This document shows, piece by piece, positions 1 through 13,865 of a DNA stretch of 64,000 bases (within the stretch, counting starts at the first letter, position 1; each line of letters opens with the position of its first letter). The translations under genes and the position numbers were made by a program. The stretch is from the human T2T-CHM13v2.0 reference genome, Homo sapiens. Location: assembly GCF_009914755.1 (NCBI RefSeq), contig NC_060933.1, one strand, 5' to 3'. The notes under the pieces are model-generated. The model was not told where the DNA came from. It saw only the letters and a program-made list of their open reading frames with translations, and did no database searches.

Positions 1-1736
1 TCCATTGCATTCCATTCCATTTGATTCCATTCGATTGCACTCGGGTTGATTCCATTCCATTGCATTCCATTCCATTCCATTCCATTCCATTCCCTTCCAT
101 TCCACTCTGGTTGATTCCATTCCTTTCCATTCCACTCGAATACATTCCCTCCTATTCCACTCGGAATGATTCCATTCCATTCCATTCCATTCCATTCCAT
201 TCCATTCCATTCCATTCCATTCCATTCCATTTCGTTCCATTCCATTCTATTCCGTATCATTCCATTCCGTTCCATTCCATTCCATTCCATTCCATTCCAT
301 TCCATTCCATTGTACTCGGGTTGATTCAATTCCTTTGCATTCCATTCCATTCCATTCCATTCCATTCCATTCCATTCCGTTGCATTCCATTCCATTACAT
401 TTGGATTGATTCTATTCAACTTCCTTACTCTCCATTACATTCCTTTCCATTCGGGTTGTTCCATTCCATTCCATTCCATTCCATTCCATTCCATTCCATT
501 CCATTCCTTTCCGTTCCATTCCATTCCATTCCCTTCCATTCCGTTCCGTTCCATTCCATTCTATTCCATTCTATTCGGGTTAATTCCATTCCATTCCATT
601 CGATTGCAATCGAGTTTATTCCTTTCCATTCCATTCCATTCCATTCCATTCCAGTCCTTTTCATTCCTTTCCATTCCATTACTGATGATTCCATTCCATG
701 GCATTCCATTCCATTCCATTCCCCTGTACTCGGGTTGATTCCATTCCATTCCATTCCAATCCATGCCATTCCACTCGTGTTGATTCCATTATTTCCATTC
801 CATTCAAGTTGAATCCATTCCATTGCATTCCATTGCATTCGATTCCATTCGATTGCACTCGGGTTGATTCCATTCCAATGCATTCCATTCCATTCCATTC
901 CATTCCATTCCATTCCATTCCATTCCGTTCCATTCCATTTCATTAGATTCAGATTGATGCTATTAAATTCCCTTACTCTCCATTATATTCCAATCCATTC
1001 TGGTAGTTTCCATTCCATTCCATTCCATTTCACTCCATTCCATTGCACTCGGGTTGATTCCATTCCATTCCATTCCATTGCATTCCATTCCATTCCATTC
1101 CGGATGATTCCATTCCATTGCATTCCATTCCATTCCATTCCCCTGCACTCGTGTTGATTCCATTCCATTCCATTCCATTCCATTCCATTCCATTCCATTC
1201 CATTCGGATTGATTCTATTCAATTCCCTTACACTCCATTACATTCCATTCCATTCCGGAAGTTTCCATTCCATTCCATTCCATTCCTCTCCATTCCATTG
1301 CACTCGGGTTGATTCCATTCCATTCCATTCCATTCCATTCCATTCCATTCCATTCCATTCCATTCCGTTCCATTGTACTCGGGTTGATTCCATTCCATTG
1401 CATTCCATTCCATTCCATTGCATTCCATTCCATTCCATTCCCCTGCACTCGAGTTGATTCCATTCCATTCCATTCCATTCCATTCCATTCAATTCCATTC
1501 CATTACAATTCGTTCCATTCCATTCTAATCCGTACCATTCCATTCCATTCCATTCCATTCCATACCATTCCATTCCATTCCATTCCATTCCATTCCGTTC
1601 AATTCCGTTCCATTCCATTCCTTTCCATTCTATTCGGATTAATTCCATTCCATTCCATTCCATTCCATTCTATTCCATTCCATTGCAATCGAGTTGAATC
1701 CATTGCATTTCATTCCATTCCATTCCATTCCATTCC

Positions 1737-1751
1737 ATTCCAGAAGATTCC
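1737..1751. promoter_or_regulatory. Heat shock element match, variant aTTCcaGAAgaTTCc (also 15157-15171 and 44012-44026)
   Basis: Sequence attccagaagattcc fits nTTCnnGAAnnTTCn. Motif match only. Confidence 0.45.
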
Positions 1752-2049
1752 ATTCCATTGCATTCCATTCCATTCCATTCCCCTGCACTCGCGTGGATTC
1801 CATTCCATTCCATTGCATTCCATTCCATTCCATTCCGTTCCGTTCCATTCCATTCCATTCCATTCAATTCCATTCCGTTCCGTTCCATTCCATTCCATTC
1901 CATTCTATTCGGTTTAATTCCATTCCATTCCATTCGACTGCAATCGAGTTGATTCCATTCCATTCCATTCCATTCCATTCCATTCCATTCCTTTCCATTC
2001 CATTTCGGATGATTCCATTCCATTGCATTCCATTCCATTCCATTCCCCT

Positions 2050-3840
2050 GTACTCAGGTTGATTCCATTCCATTCCATTCCAATCCATGCCATTCCACTC
2101 GTGTTGATTCCATTCTTTCCATTCCATTCAAGTTTAATCCATTCCATTGCATTCCATTCCATTCGATTCCATTCGATTGCACTCGGGTTGATTCCATTCC
2201 ATTGCATTCCATTCCATTCCATTCCATTCCGTTCCATTCCATTCCATTACATTCGGATTGATTCTATTCAATTCCCTTACACTCCATTACATTCCATTCC
2301 ATTCGGGTAGTTTCCATTCCATTCCATTCCATTCCTCTCCATTCCATTGCACTCGGGTTGATTCCATTCCATTGCATTCCATTCCATTCCATTCAATTCC
2401 ATTCCGTTCCATTCCATTCCATTACATTCGGATTGATTCTATTCAACTCCCTTACTCTCCATTACATTCCATTCCATTCGGGTTGTTCCATTCCATTCCA
2501 TTCCATTCCACTCCATTGCATTGCACTCGGGTTGATTCCATTCAATTCCATTCCATTCCATTCCATTCCATTCCATTCCGGAAGATTCCATTCCATTGCA
2601 TTCCATTCCATTCCATTCCCCTGCACTCGCGTTGATTCCATTCCATTCCATTCTATTCCATTCCATTCCCTTCCTTTCCGTTCCATTCCATTCCATTCCA
2701 TTCCATTCCATTCCATTCCATTCCATTCTATTCGGGTTAATTCCATTCCATTCCATTCGATTGCAATCGAGTTGATTCCATTCCATTCCATTCCATTCCA
2801 TTCCATTCCTTTCCTTTCCATTCCATTACGGATGATTCCATTCCATTGCATTCCATTCCACTCCATTCCCCTGTACTCGGGTTGATTCCATTCCATTCCA
2901 TTCCAATCCATGCCATTTCACTCGTGTTGATTCCATTCTTTCCATTCCATTCAAGTTGAATCCATTCCATTGCATTCCATTCCATTCGATTCCATTCGAT
3001 TGCACTCGGGTTGATTCCATTCCATTGCATTCCATTCCATTCCATTCCATTCCATTCCATTCCGTTCCATTCCATTCCATTACATTCGGATTGATTCTAT
3101 TCAATTCCCTTACACTCCATTACATTCCATTCCATTCGGGTAGTTTCCATTCCATTCCATTCCATTCCTCTCCATTCCATTGCACTCGGGTTGATTCCAT
3201 TCCATTGCATTCCATTCCATTCCATTCAATTCCATTCCGTTCCATTCCATTCCATTACATTCAGATTGATTCTATTCAACTCCCTTACTCTCCATTACAT
3301 TCCATTCCATTCGGGTTGTTCCATTCCATTCCATTCCATTCCACTCCATTCCATTGCACTCGGGTTTATTCCATTCCATTCCATTCCATTCCATTCCATT
3401 CCATTCCATTCCATTCCGGAAGATTCCATTCCATTGCATTCCATTCCATTCCATTCCCCTGCACTCGCTTTGATTCCATTCCATACCGTTCCATTCCATT
3501 TTATTCCTTTCCGTTCCATTCCATTCCATTCCATTCCATTCCAATCCATTCCATTCCGTTCCGTTCCGTTCCATTCCATTCCATTCCATTCTATTCGGGT
3601 TAATTCCATTCCATTCCATTCGATTGCAATCGAGTTGATTCCATTCCATTCCATTCCATTCCATTCCATTCCATTCCTTTCCATTCCATTACGGATGATT
3701 CCATTCCATTGCATTCCATTCCATTCCATTCCCCTGTACTCGGTTTGATTCCATTCCATTCCATTCCAATCCATGCCATTCCACTCGTGTTGATTCCATT
3801 CTTTCCATTCCATTCAAGTTGAATCCATTCCATTGCATTC
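2050..3840 (+). repeat. ~0.83-0.86-kb tandem duplication (about 2 copies)
   Basis: ORF offsets of 833 (2358/3191, 2439/3272) and 863 (2737/3600), with the same cassette order in both copies. Confidence 0.65.
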
Positions 3841-6800
3841 CATTCCATTCCATTCCCCTGCAGTCGGGTTGTTTCCATTCCATTCCATTCTATTCCATTC
3901 CATTCCATTCCATTCCATTCCATTACATTACATTACATTACATTCCGTTCCGTTGTACTCGGGTTGATTCCATTCCATTGCATTCCATTCCATTCCATTC
4001 CATTCCATTCCATTCCGTTCCATTCCATTACATTCGGATTGATTCTATTTAACTCCCTTACTCTCCATTACATTCCATTCCATTCGGGTTGTTCCATTCC
4101 ATTCCATTCCATTCCACTCCATTCCATTGCGCTCGGGTTGATTCCATTCCATTCCATTCCATTCCATTCCATTCCATTCCATTACATTCCGGATGATTCT
4201 ATTCCATTGCATTCCGTTCCATTACATTCCCCTGCACTCGGGTTGATTCCATTCCATTCCATTCCATTCCATTCGATAGCATTCCATTCCAATTCTTTCC
4301 ATTCCATTCTATTCCGTACCATTCCATTCCATTCCATACAATTCCATTCCATTCCATTCCACTCCGTTCCGTTCCGTTCCGTTCTGTTCCGTTCCATTCC
4401 ATTCCATTCCATTCTATTCGGTTTAATTCCATTCCATTCCATTCCATGCCATTCCATTCTATTCCATTCTATTGCAATCGAGTTGAATCCATTGCATTCC
4501 ATTCCATTCCATTCCATTGCATTCCATTCCATTCCATTCCGGAAGATTCCATTCCATTGCATTCCATTCCATTCCATTCCATTCCATTCCATTCCATTCC
4601 ATTCCATTCCATTCCATTCCATTGTACTCGGGTTGATTCCATTCCATTGCATTCCATTCCATTCCATTCCATTCCATTCCATTCTGTTCCATTCCATTCG
4701 GATTGATTCTTTTCAACTCCCTTACTCTCCATTACATTCCATTCCATTCGGGTTGTTCCATACCATTCCATTCCATTCCACTCCATTCCATTGCACTCGG
4801 GTTGATTCCATTCCATTCCATTCCATTCCATTCCGGATGATTCCATTCCATTACATTCCGTTCCATTACATTCCCCTGCACTCGCGTTGATTCCATTCCA
4901 TTCCATTCCATTCCTTTCCGTTCCATTCCATTCCATTCCATTCCATTCCATTCCGTTCCATTCCATTCCATTCCGTTCCATTCTATTCGGGTTAATTCCA
5001 TTCCATTCCATTCGATTGAAATCGAGTTGATTCCATTCCATTCCATTCCATTCCATTCCATTCCATTCCATTCCAGTCCTTTCCATTCCTTTCCATTCCA
5101 TTACTGATGATTCCATTCCATTGCATTCCATTCCATTCCATTCCCCTGTACTCGGGTTGATTCCATTCCATTCCATTCCAATCCATGCCATTCCACTCGT
5201 GTTGATTCCATTCTTTCCTTTCCATTCAAGTTGAATCCATTCCATTGCATTCCATTGCATTCGATTCCATTCGATTGCACTCGGGTTGATTCCATTCCAT
5301 TACATTCCATTCCATTCCATTCCATTCCATTCCGTTCCATTCCATTTCATTACATTCAGATTGATTCTTTTCAATTCCCTTAAACTCCATTATATTCCAA
5401 TCCATTCTGGTTGTTTCCATTCCATTCCATTTCACTCCATTCCATTGCACTCGGGTTGATTCCATTCCATTCCATTCCATTGCATTCCATTCCATTCCAT
5501 TCCGGATGATTCCATTCCATTGCATTCCGTTCCATTACATTCCCCTGCACTCGCGTTGATTCCATTCCATTCCATTCCATTCCATTCAATTATTCAATTA
5601 CATTCCATTACAATTCGTTCCATTCCATTCTATTCCGTACCATTCCATTCCATTCCATACCATTCCATTCCATTCCATTCCATTCCATTCCATTCCATTC
5701 CCCTGCACTCGGGTTGATTCCATTCCATTCCATTCCATTACATTCCGTTCCATTCCATTCCATTCCATTCGGATTGATTCTATTCAATTCCCTTACACTC
5801 CATTACATTCCATTCCATTCGGGTAGTTTCCATTCCATAACATTCCATTCCTCTCCATTCCATTGCACTCGGGTTGATTCCATTCCTTTCCATTCTATTC
5901 CATTCCATTACATTACATTCCATTCCATTCCGTTCCATTGTACTCGGGTTGATTCCATTCCATTGCATTCCATTCCATTCCGTTCCATTCCATTACATTC
6001 GGATTGATTCTATTCAACTCCCTTACTCTCCATTACATTCCATTCCATTCGGGTTGTTCCATTCCAATCCATTCCATTCCACTCCATTCCATTGCACTCG
6101 GGTTGATTCCATTCCATTCCATTCCATTCCATTCCATTCCATTCCATTCCGGATGATTCCATTCCATTGCATTCCGTTCCATTACATTCCCCTGCACTCG
6201 GGTTGATTCCATTCCATTCCATTCCATTCCATTCGATTCCATTCCATTCCAATTGTTTCCATTCCATTCTATTCCGTACCATGCCATTCCATTCCATACA
6301 ATTCCATTCCATTCCATTCCACTCCGTTCCGTTCCGTTCCGTTCCGTTCCATTCCATTCCATTCCATTCTATTCGGGTTAATTCCATTCCATTCCATTCG
6401 ATTGCAATCGAGTTGATTCCATTCCATTCCATTCCATTCCATTCCATTCCATTCCTTTCCATTCCATTACGGATGATTCCATTCCATTGCATTACATTCC
6501 ATTCCTTTCCCCTGTACTCGGGTTGATTCCATTCCATTCCATTCCAATCCATGCCATTCCACTCGTGTTGATTCCATTCTTTCCATTCCATTCAAGTTGA
6601 ATTCTTTCCATTGCATTCCATTCCATTCCATTCCCCTGCAGTCGGGTTGATTCCATTCCATTCCATTCCATTCCATTCCATTCCATTCCATTCCTTTCCG
6701 TTCCGTTTCATTCCATTCCATTCCATTCTATTCGGGTTAATTCCATTCCATTCCATTCCATTCCATTCCATTCCAATCGAGTTGATTCCATTCCATTCCA

Positions 6801-9800
6801 TTCCATTCCATTCCACTCCATTCCAGTCCTTTCCATTCCATTCCACTCGGGTTGATTCCAATGTTTTCCTTTCCATTCCATTCCATTCCATTGCAATCGA
6901 GTTGATTCCATTGCTTTGCATTCCATTCCATTCCGGATGATTCCATTCCATTGCATTCCCTTCCATTCCATTCCCCTGCACTCGGGTTGATTCCATTCCA
7001 TTGCATTCCATTCCATTCCATTCAATTCCATTCCGTTCCATTCCATTCCATTACATTCGGATTGATTCTATTCAACTCCCTTACTCTCCATTACATTCCA
7101 TTCCATTCGGGTTTTTCCATTCCATTGCATTCCATTCCACTCCATTCCATTGCACTCGGGTTGATTCCATTCCATTCCATTCCATTCCATTCCATTCCAT
7201 TCCACTCCGGAAGATTCCATTCCATTGCATTCCATTCCATTCCATTCCCCTGCACTCGCGTTGCTTCCATTCCATTCCATTCTATTCCATTCCATTCCCT
7301 TCCTTTCCGTTCCATTCCATTCCATTCCATTCCATTCCATTCCGTTCCGTTCCATTCCATTCCATTCCATTCTATTCGGTTAATTCCATTCCATTCCATT
7401 CGATTGCAATCGAGTTGATTCCATTCCATTCCATTCCATTCCATTCCATTCCATTCCTTTCCATTCCATTACGGATGATTCCATTCCATTGCATTCCATT
7501 CCATTCCATTCCCCTGTACTCGGGTTGATTCCATTCCATTCCATTCCAATCCATGCCGTTCCACTCGTGTTGATTCCATTCTTTCCATTCCATTCAAGTT
7601 GAATCCATTCCATTGCATTCCATGGCATTCGATTCCATTCGATTGCACTCGGGTTGATTCCATTCCATTGCATTCCATTCCATTCCATTCCATTCCATTC
7701 CGTTCCATTCCATTTCATTACATTCAGATTGATTCTATTCAATTCCCTTACACTCCATTATATTCCAATCCATTCTGGTTGTTTCCATTCCATTCCATTC
7801 CATTTCACTCCATTCCATTGCACTCGGGTTGATTCCATTCCATTCCATTCCATTGCATTCCATTCGATTCCATTCCGGATGATTCCATTCCATTGCATTC
7901 CATTCCATTCCATTCCCCTGCACTCGCGTTGATTCCATTCCATTCCATTCCATTACATTCCGTTCCATTCCATTCCATTCCATTCGGATTGATTCTATTC
8001 AATTCCCTTACACTCCATTACATTCCATTCCATTCGGGTAGTTTCCATTCCATTCCATTCCATTCCTCTCTATTCCATTTCACTCGGGTTGATTCCATTC
8101 CATTCCATTCCATTCCATTCCATTACATTACATTCCATTCCATTCCGTTCAATTGTACTCTTGTTGATTCCATTCCATTGCATTCCATTCCATTCCATTC
8201 CATTCCATTCCATTCCATTCCATTCCATTCCGTTCCATTCCATTACATTCGGATTGATTCTATTCAACTCCCTTACTCTCCATTACATTCCATTCCATTC
8301 GGGTTGTTCCATTCCATTCCATTCCATTCCACTCCATTCCATTGCACTCGGGTTGATTCCATTCCATTCCATTCCATTCCATTCCATTCCATTCCATTCC
8401 ATTCCGGATGATTCCATTCCATTGCATTCCGCTCCATTACATTCCCCTGCACTCGGGTTGATTCCATTCCATTCCATTCCATTCCATTCGATTCCATTCC
8501 ATTACAATTCTTTCCATTCCGTTCTATTCCGTTCCATGCCATTCCATTCCATACAATTCCATTCCATTCCATTCCACTCCGTTCCGTTCCGTTCCGTTCC
8601 GTTCCGTTCCATTCCATTCCATTCCATTCCATTCTATTCGGGTTAATTCCATTCCATTCCATTCGATTGCAATCGAGTTGATTCCATTCCATTCCATTCC
8701 ATTCCATTCCATTCCATTCCATTCCTTTCCATTCCATTACGGATGATTCCATTCCATTGCATTCCATTCCATTCCATTCCCCTGTACTCGGGTTGATTCC
8801 ATTCCATTCCATTCCAAACCATGCCATTCCACTCGTGTTGATTCCATTCTTTCCATTCCATTAAAGTTGAATCCATTCCATTGCATTCCATTCCATTCCA
8901 TTCCCCTGCAGTCGGGTTGATTCCATTCCATTCCATTCCATTCCATTCCATTCCATTCCATTCCGTTCCGTTCCATTCCATTACATTCCATTCTATTCTG
9001 GTTAATTCCATTCCATTCCATTCCACTCCATTCCATTCCAATCGAGTTGATTCCATTCCATTCCATTCCATTCCATTCCATTCTATTCGGGTTAATTCCA
9101 TTCCATTCCATTCCACTCCATTCCATTCCAATCGAGTTGATTCCATTCCATTCCATTCCATTCCATTCCACTCCATTCCAGTCCTTTCCATTCCATTCCA
9201 CTCTGGTTGATTCCAATGTATTCCTTTCCATTCCATTCCATTCCATTGCAATCGAGTTGATTCCATTGCTTTGCATTCCATTCCATTCCATTCCATTCCG
9301 GATGATTCCATTCCATTGCATTCCATTCCATTCCATTCCCCTGCACTCGGGTTGATTCCATTCTATTCCTCTCCATTCCGTTCCATTCCATTCCATTCCA
9401 TTTTATTCGGGTTAATTCCATTCCATTCCATTCCATTCCATTCCATTCCATTCCATTACCATCGAGTTGATTCCATTCCATTCCATTCCATTCCAGTCCT
9501 TTCCATTCCATTCCACTCGGGTTGATTCCATTCTATTAGTTTCCATTCCATTCCATTCCCTTCCATTCCACTCTGGTTGATTCCATTCCTTTCCATTCCA
9601 CTCGAAAACATTCCCTCCTATTCCACTCGGAACAATTCCATTCCATTCCATTCCATTCCATTCCATTCCATTCCATTCCATTTCGTTCCATTCCATTCTA
9701 TTCCGTATCATTCCATTCCATTCCATTCCATTCCATTAAATTCCATTCCATTCCATTCCATTCCATTGTACTCGGGTTGATTCCATTCCTTTGCATTCCA

Positions 9801-10884
9801 TTCCATTCCATTCCATTCCATTCCATTCCATTCCATTCCGTTGCATTCCATTCTATTACATTCGGATTGATTCTATTCAACTCCCTTACTCTCCATTACA
9901 TTCCATTCCATTCGGGTTGTTCCATTCCATTCCATTCCATTCCACTCCATTCCATTGCACTCGGGTTGATTCCATTCCATTCCATTCCATTCCATTCCAT
10001 TCCATTCAGGATGATTCCATTCCATTGCATTCCGTTCCATTACATTCCCCTGCACTCGCGTTGATTCCATTCCATTCCATTCTATTCCATTCAATTCCAT
10101 TCCATTACAATTCGTTCCATTCCATTCTATTCCGTACCATTCCATTCCATTCCATACCATTCCATTCCATTCCATTCCATTCCATTCCGTTCCATTCCGT
10201 TCCATTCCATTCCATTCCATTCTATTCGGATTAATTCCATTCCATTCCATTCCATTCCATTCTATTCCATTCCATTGCAATCGAGTTGAATCCATTGCAT
10301 TTCATTCCATTCCATTCCATTCCATTCCATTCCGGAAGATTCCATTCCATTGCATTCCATTCCATTCCATTCCCCTGCACTCGCGTTGATTCCATTCCAT
10401 TCCAATCCATTCCATTCCATTCCGTTCCGTTCCGTTCCATTCCATTCCATTCCATTCCATTCCATTCCGCTCCGTTCCATTCCATTCCATTCCATTCTAT
10501 TCGGGTTAATTCCATTCCATTCCATTCGATTGCAATCGAGTTGATTCCATTCCATTCCATTCCATTCCATTCCATTCCATTCCTTTCCATTCCATTACGG
10601 ATGATTCCATTCCATTGCATTCCATTCCATTCCATTCCCCTGTACTCGGGTTGATTCCATTCCATTCCATTCCAATCCATGCCATTCCACTCGTGTTGAT
10701 TCCATTCTTTCCATTCCATTCAAGTTGAATCCATTCCATTGCATTCCATTCCATTCGATTTCATTCGATTGCACTCGGGTTGATTCCATTCCATTCCATT
10801 CCGTTCCATTCCATTCCATTACATTCGGATTGATTCTTTTCAATTCCCTTACACTCCATTACATTCCATTCCATTCGGGTAGTT

Positions 10885-11235
10885 TCCATTCCATTCCATT
10901 CCATTCCTCTCCTTTCCATTGCACTCGGGTTGATTCCATTCCATTGCATTCCATTCCATTCCATTCAATTCCATTCCGTTCCATTCCATTCCATTACATT
11001 CGGATTGATTCTATTCAACTCCCTTACTCTCCATTACATTCCATTCCATTCGGGTTGTTCCATTCCATTCCATTCCATTCCTCTCCTTTCCATTGCACTC
11101 GGGTTGATTCCATTCCATTGCATTCCATTCCATTCCATTCAATTCCATTCCGTTCCATTCCATTCCATTACATTCGGATTGATTCTATTCAACTCCCTTA
11201 CTCTCCATTACATTCCATTCCATTCGGGTTGTTCC
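10885..11235 (+). repeat. 174-bp tandem duplication spanning the left breakpoint of the 28.9-kb duplication
   Basis: gcactcggg at 10921 and 11095. The rare variant cctctcctttccatt occurs at ~10906 and ~11080. Confidence 0.75.
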
Positions 11236-11299
11236 ATTCCATTCCATTCCATTCCACTCCATTCCATTGCACTCGGGTTGATTCCATTCCATTCCATTC

Positions 11300-13865
11300 C
11301 ATTCCATTCCATTCCATTCCATTCCATTCCGGAAGATTCCATTCCATTGCATTCCATTCCATTCCATTCCCCTGCACTCGCGTTGATTCCATTCCATTCC
11401 ATTCTATTCCATTCCATTCCGTTCCGTTCCATTCCATTCCATTCCATTCTATTCGGTTAATTCCATTCCATTCCATTCGATTGCAATCGAGTTGATTCCA
11501 TTCCATTCCATTCCATTCCATTCCATTCCATTCCATTCCATTCCATTCCATTCCTTTCCTTTCCATTCCATTACGGATGATTCCATTCCATTGCATTCCA
11601 TTCCATTCCATTCCCCTGTACTCGGGTTGATTCCATTCCATTCCATTCCAATCCATGCCGTTCCACTCGTGTTGATTCCATTCTTTCCATTCCATTCAAG
11701 TTGAATCCATTCCATTGCATTCCATTCCATTCGATTCCATTCGATTGCACTCGGGTTGATTCCATTCCATTGCATTCCATTCCTTTCCATTCCATTCCAT
11801 TCCATTCCGTTCCATTCCATTTCATTACTTTCAGATTTATTCTATTCAATTCCCTTACACTCCATTATATTCCAATCCATTCTGGTTGTTTCCATTCCAT
11901 TCCATTCCATTTCACTCCATTCCATTGCACTCGGGCTGATTCCATTCCATTCCATTCCATTGCATTCCATTCCATTCCATTCCGGATGATTCCATTCCAT
12001 TGCATTCCATTCCATTCCATTCCCCTGCACTCGGGTTGATTCCATTCCATTCCATTACATTCCGTTCCATTCCATTCCATTCCATTCGGATTGATTGTAT
12101 TCAATTCCCTTACACTCCATTACATTCCATTCCATTCGGGTAGTTTCCATTCCATTCCATTCCATTCCTCTCCATTCCATTGCACTCGGGTTGATTCCAT
12201 TCCTTTCCATTCCATTGCATTCCATTCCATTCCATTCCATTACATTCGGATTGATTCTATTCAACTCCCTTACTCTCCATTACATTCCATTCCATTCGGG
12301 TTGTTCCATTCCATTCCATTCCATTCCACTCCATTCCATTTCACTCGGGTTGATTCCATTCCATTCCATTCCATTCCATTCCATTCCATTCCATTCCATT
12401 CCATTCCGGATGATTCCATTCCATTGCATTCCATTCCATTCCATTCCCCTGTACTCGGGTTGATTCCATTCCATTCCATTCCAATCCATGCCATTTCACT
12501 CGTGTTGATTCCATTCTTTCCATTCCATTCAAGTTGAATCCATTCCATTGCATTCCATTCCATTCCATTCCCCTGCAGTCGGGTTGATTTCATTCCATTC
12601 CATTCCATTCCATTCCATTCCATTCCATTCCGGAAGATTCCACTCCATTGCATTCCATTCCATTCCATTCCCCTGCACTCGCGTTGATTCCATTCCATTC
12701 CATTCTATTCCATTCCATTCCGGTCCGTTCCATTCCATTCCATTCTATTCGGTTAATTCCATTCCATTCCATTCGATTGCAATCGAGTTGATTCCATTCC
12801 ATTCCATTCAATTCCATTCCATTCCATTCCATTCCTTTCCATTCCATTACGGATGATTCCATTCCATTGCATTCCATTCCATTCCATTCCCCTGTACTCG
12901 GGTTGATTCCATTCCATTCCATTCCAATCCATGCCGTTCCACTCGTGTTGATTCCATTCTTTTCATTCCATTCAAGTTGAATCCATTCCATTGCATTGCA
13001 TTCCATTCGATTCCATTCGATTGCACTCGGGTTGATTCCATTCCATTGCATTCCATTCCATTCCATTCCATTCCATTCCATTCCGTTCCATTCCATTTCA
13101 TTACATTCAGATTTATTCTATTCAATTCCCTTACACTCCATTATATTCCAATCCATTCTGGTTGTTTCCATTCCATTCCATTCCATTTCACTCCATTCCA
13201 TTGCACTCGGGTTGATTCCATTCCATTCCATTCCATTGCATTCCATTCCATTCCATTCCGGATGATTCCATTCCATTGCATTCCATTCCATTCCATTCCC
13301 CTGCACTCGGGTTGATTCCATTCCATTCCATTACATTCCGTTCCATTCCATTCCATTCCATTCGGATTGATAGTATTCAATTCCCTTACACTCCATTACA
13401 TTCCATTCCATTCGGGTAGTTTCCATTCCATTCCATTCCATTCCTCTCCATTCCATTGCACTCGGGTTGATTCCATTCATTTCCATTCCATTGCATTCCA
13501 TTCCATTCCATTCCATTACATTCGGATTGATTCTATTCAACTCCCTTACTCTCCATTACATTCCATTCCATTCGGGTTGTTCCATTCCATTCCATTCCAT
13601 TCCACTCCATTCCATTGCACTCGGGTTGATTCCATTCCATTCCATTCCATTCCATTCCATTCCATTCCATTCCATTCCATTCCGGATGATTCCATTCCAT
13701 TGCATTCCATTCCATTCCATTCCCCTGTACTCGGGTTGATTCCATTCCATTCCATTCCAATCCATGCCATTCCACTAGTGTTGATTCCATTCTTTCCATT
13801 CCATTCAAGTTGAATCCATTCCATTGCATTCCATTCCATTCCATTCCCCTGCAGTCGGGTTGATT
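11300..13865 (+). repeat. Nested ~1.28-kb tandem duplication (2 copies; repeated at ~40155-42720)
   Basis: ORF offsets of 1276 (11701/12977, 12091/13367, 12270/13546). Shared rare variants attcggttaa (1-bp deletion), atccatgccgttcc and cagatttattct. Confidence 0.8.
11326..11340. promoter_or_regulatory. Representative perfect 3-pentamer heat shock element match (aTTCcgGAAgaTTCc), one of about 40 in the window
   Basis: Sequence attccggaagattcc fits nTTCnnGAAnnTTCn. This is a motif match only; binding is not shown. Confidence 0.5.

Noticed and set aside
1-11120. A third, upstream copy of the 28,855-bp unit
   Set aside because: The sequence does not match 28856-39975 at that offset (ORF tracks and private variants differ). 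Only generic cassette similarity is present.
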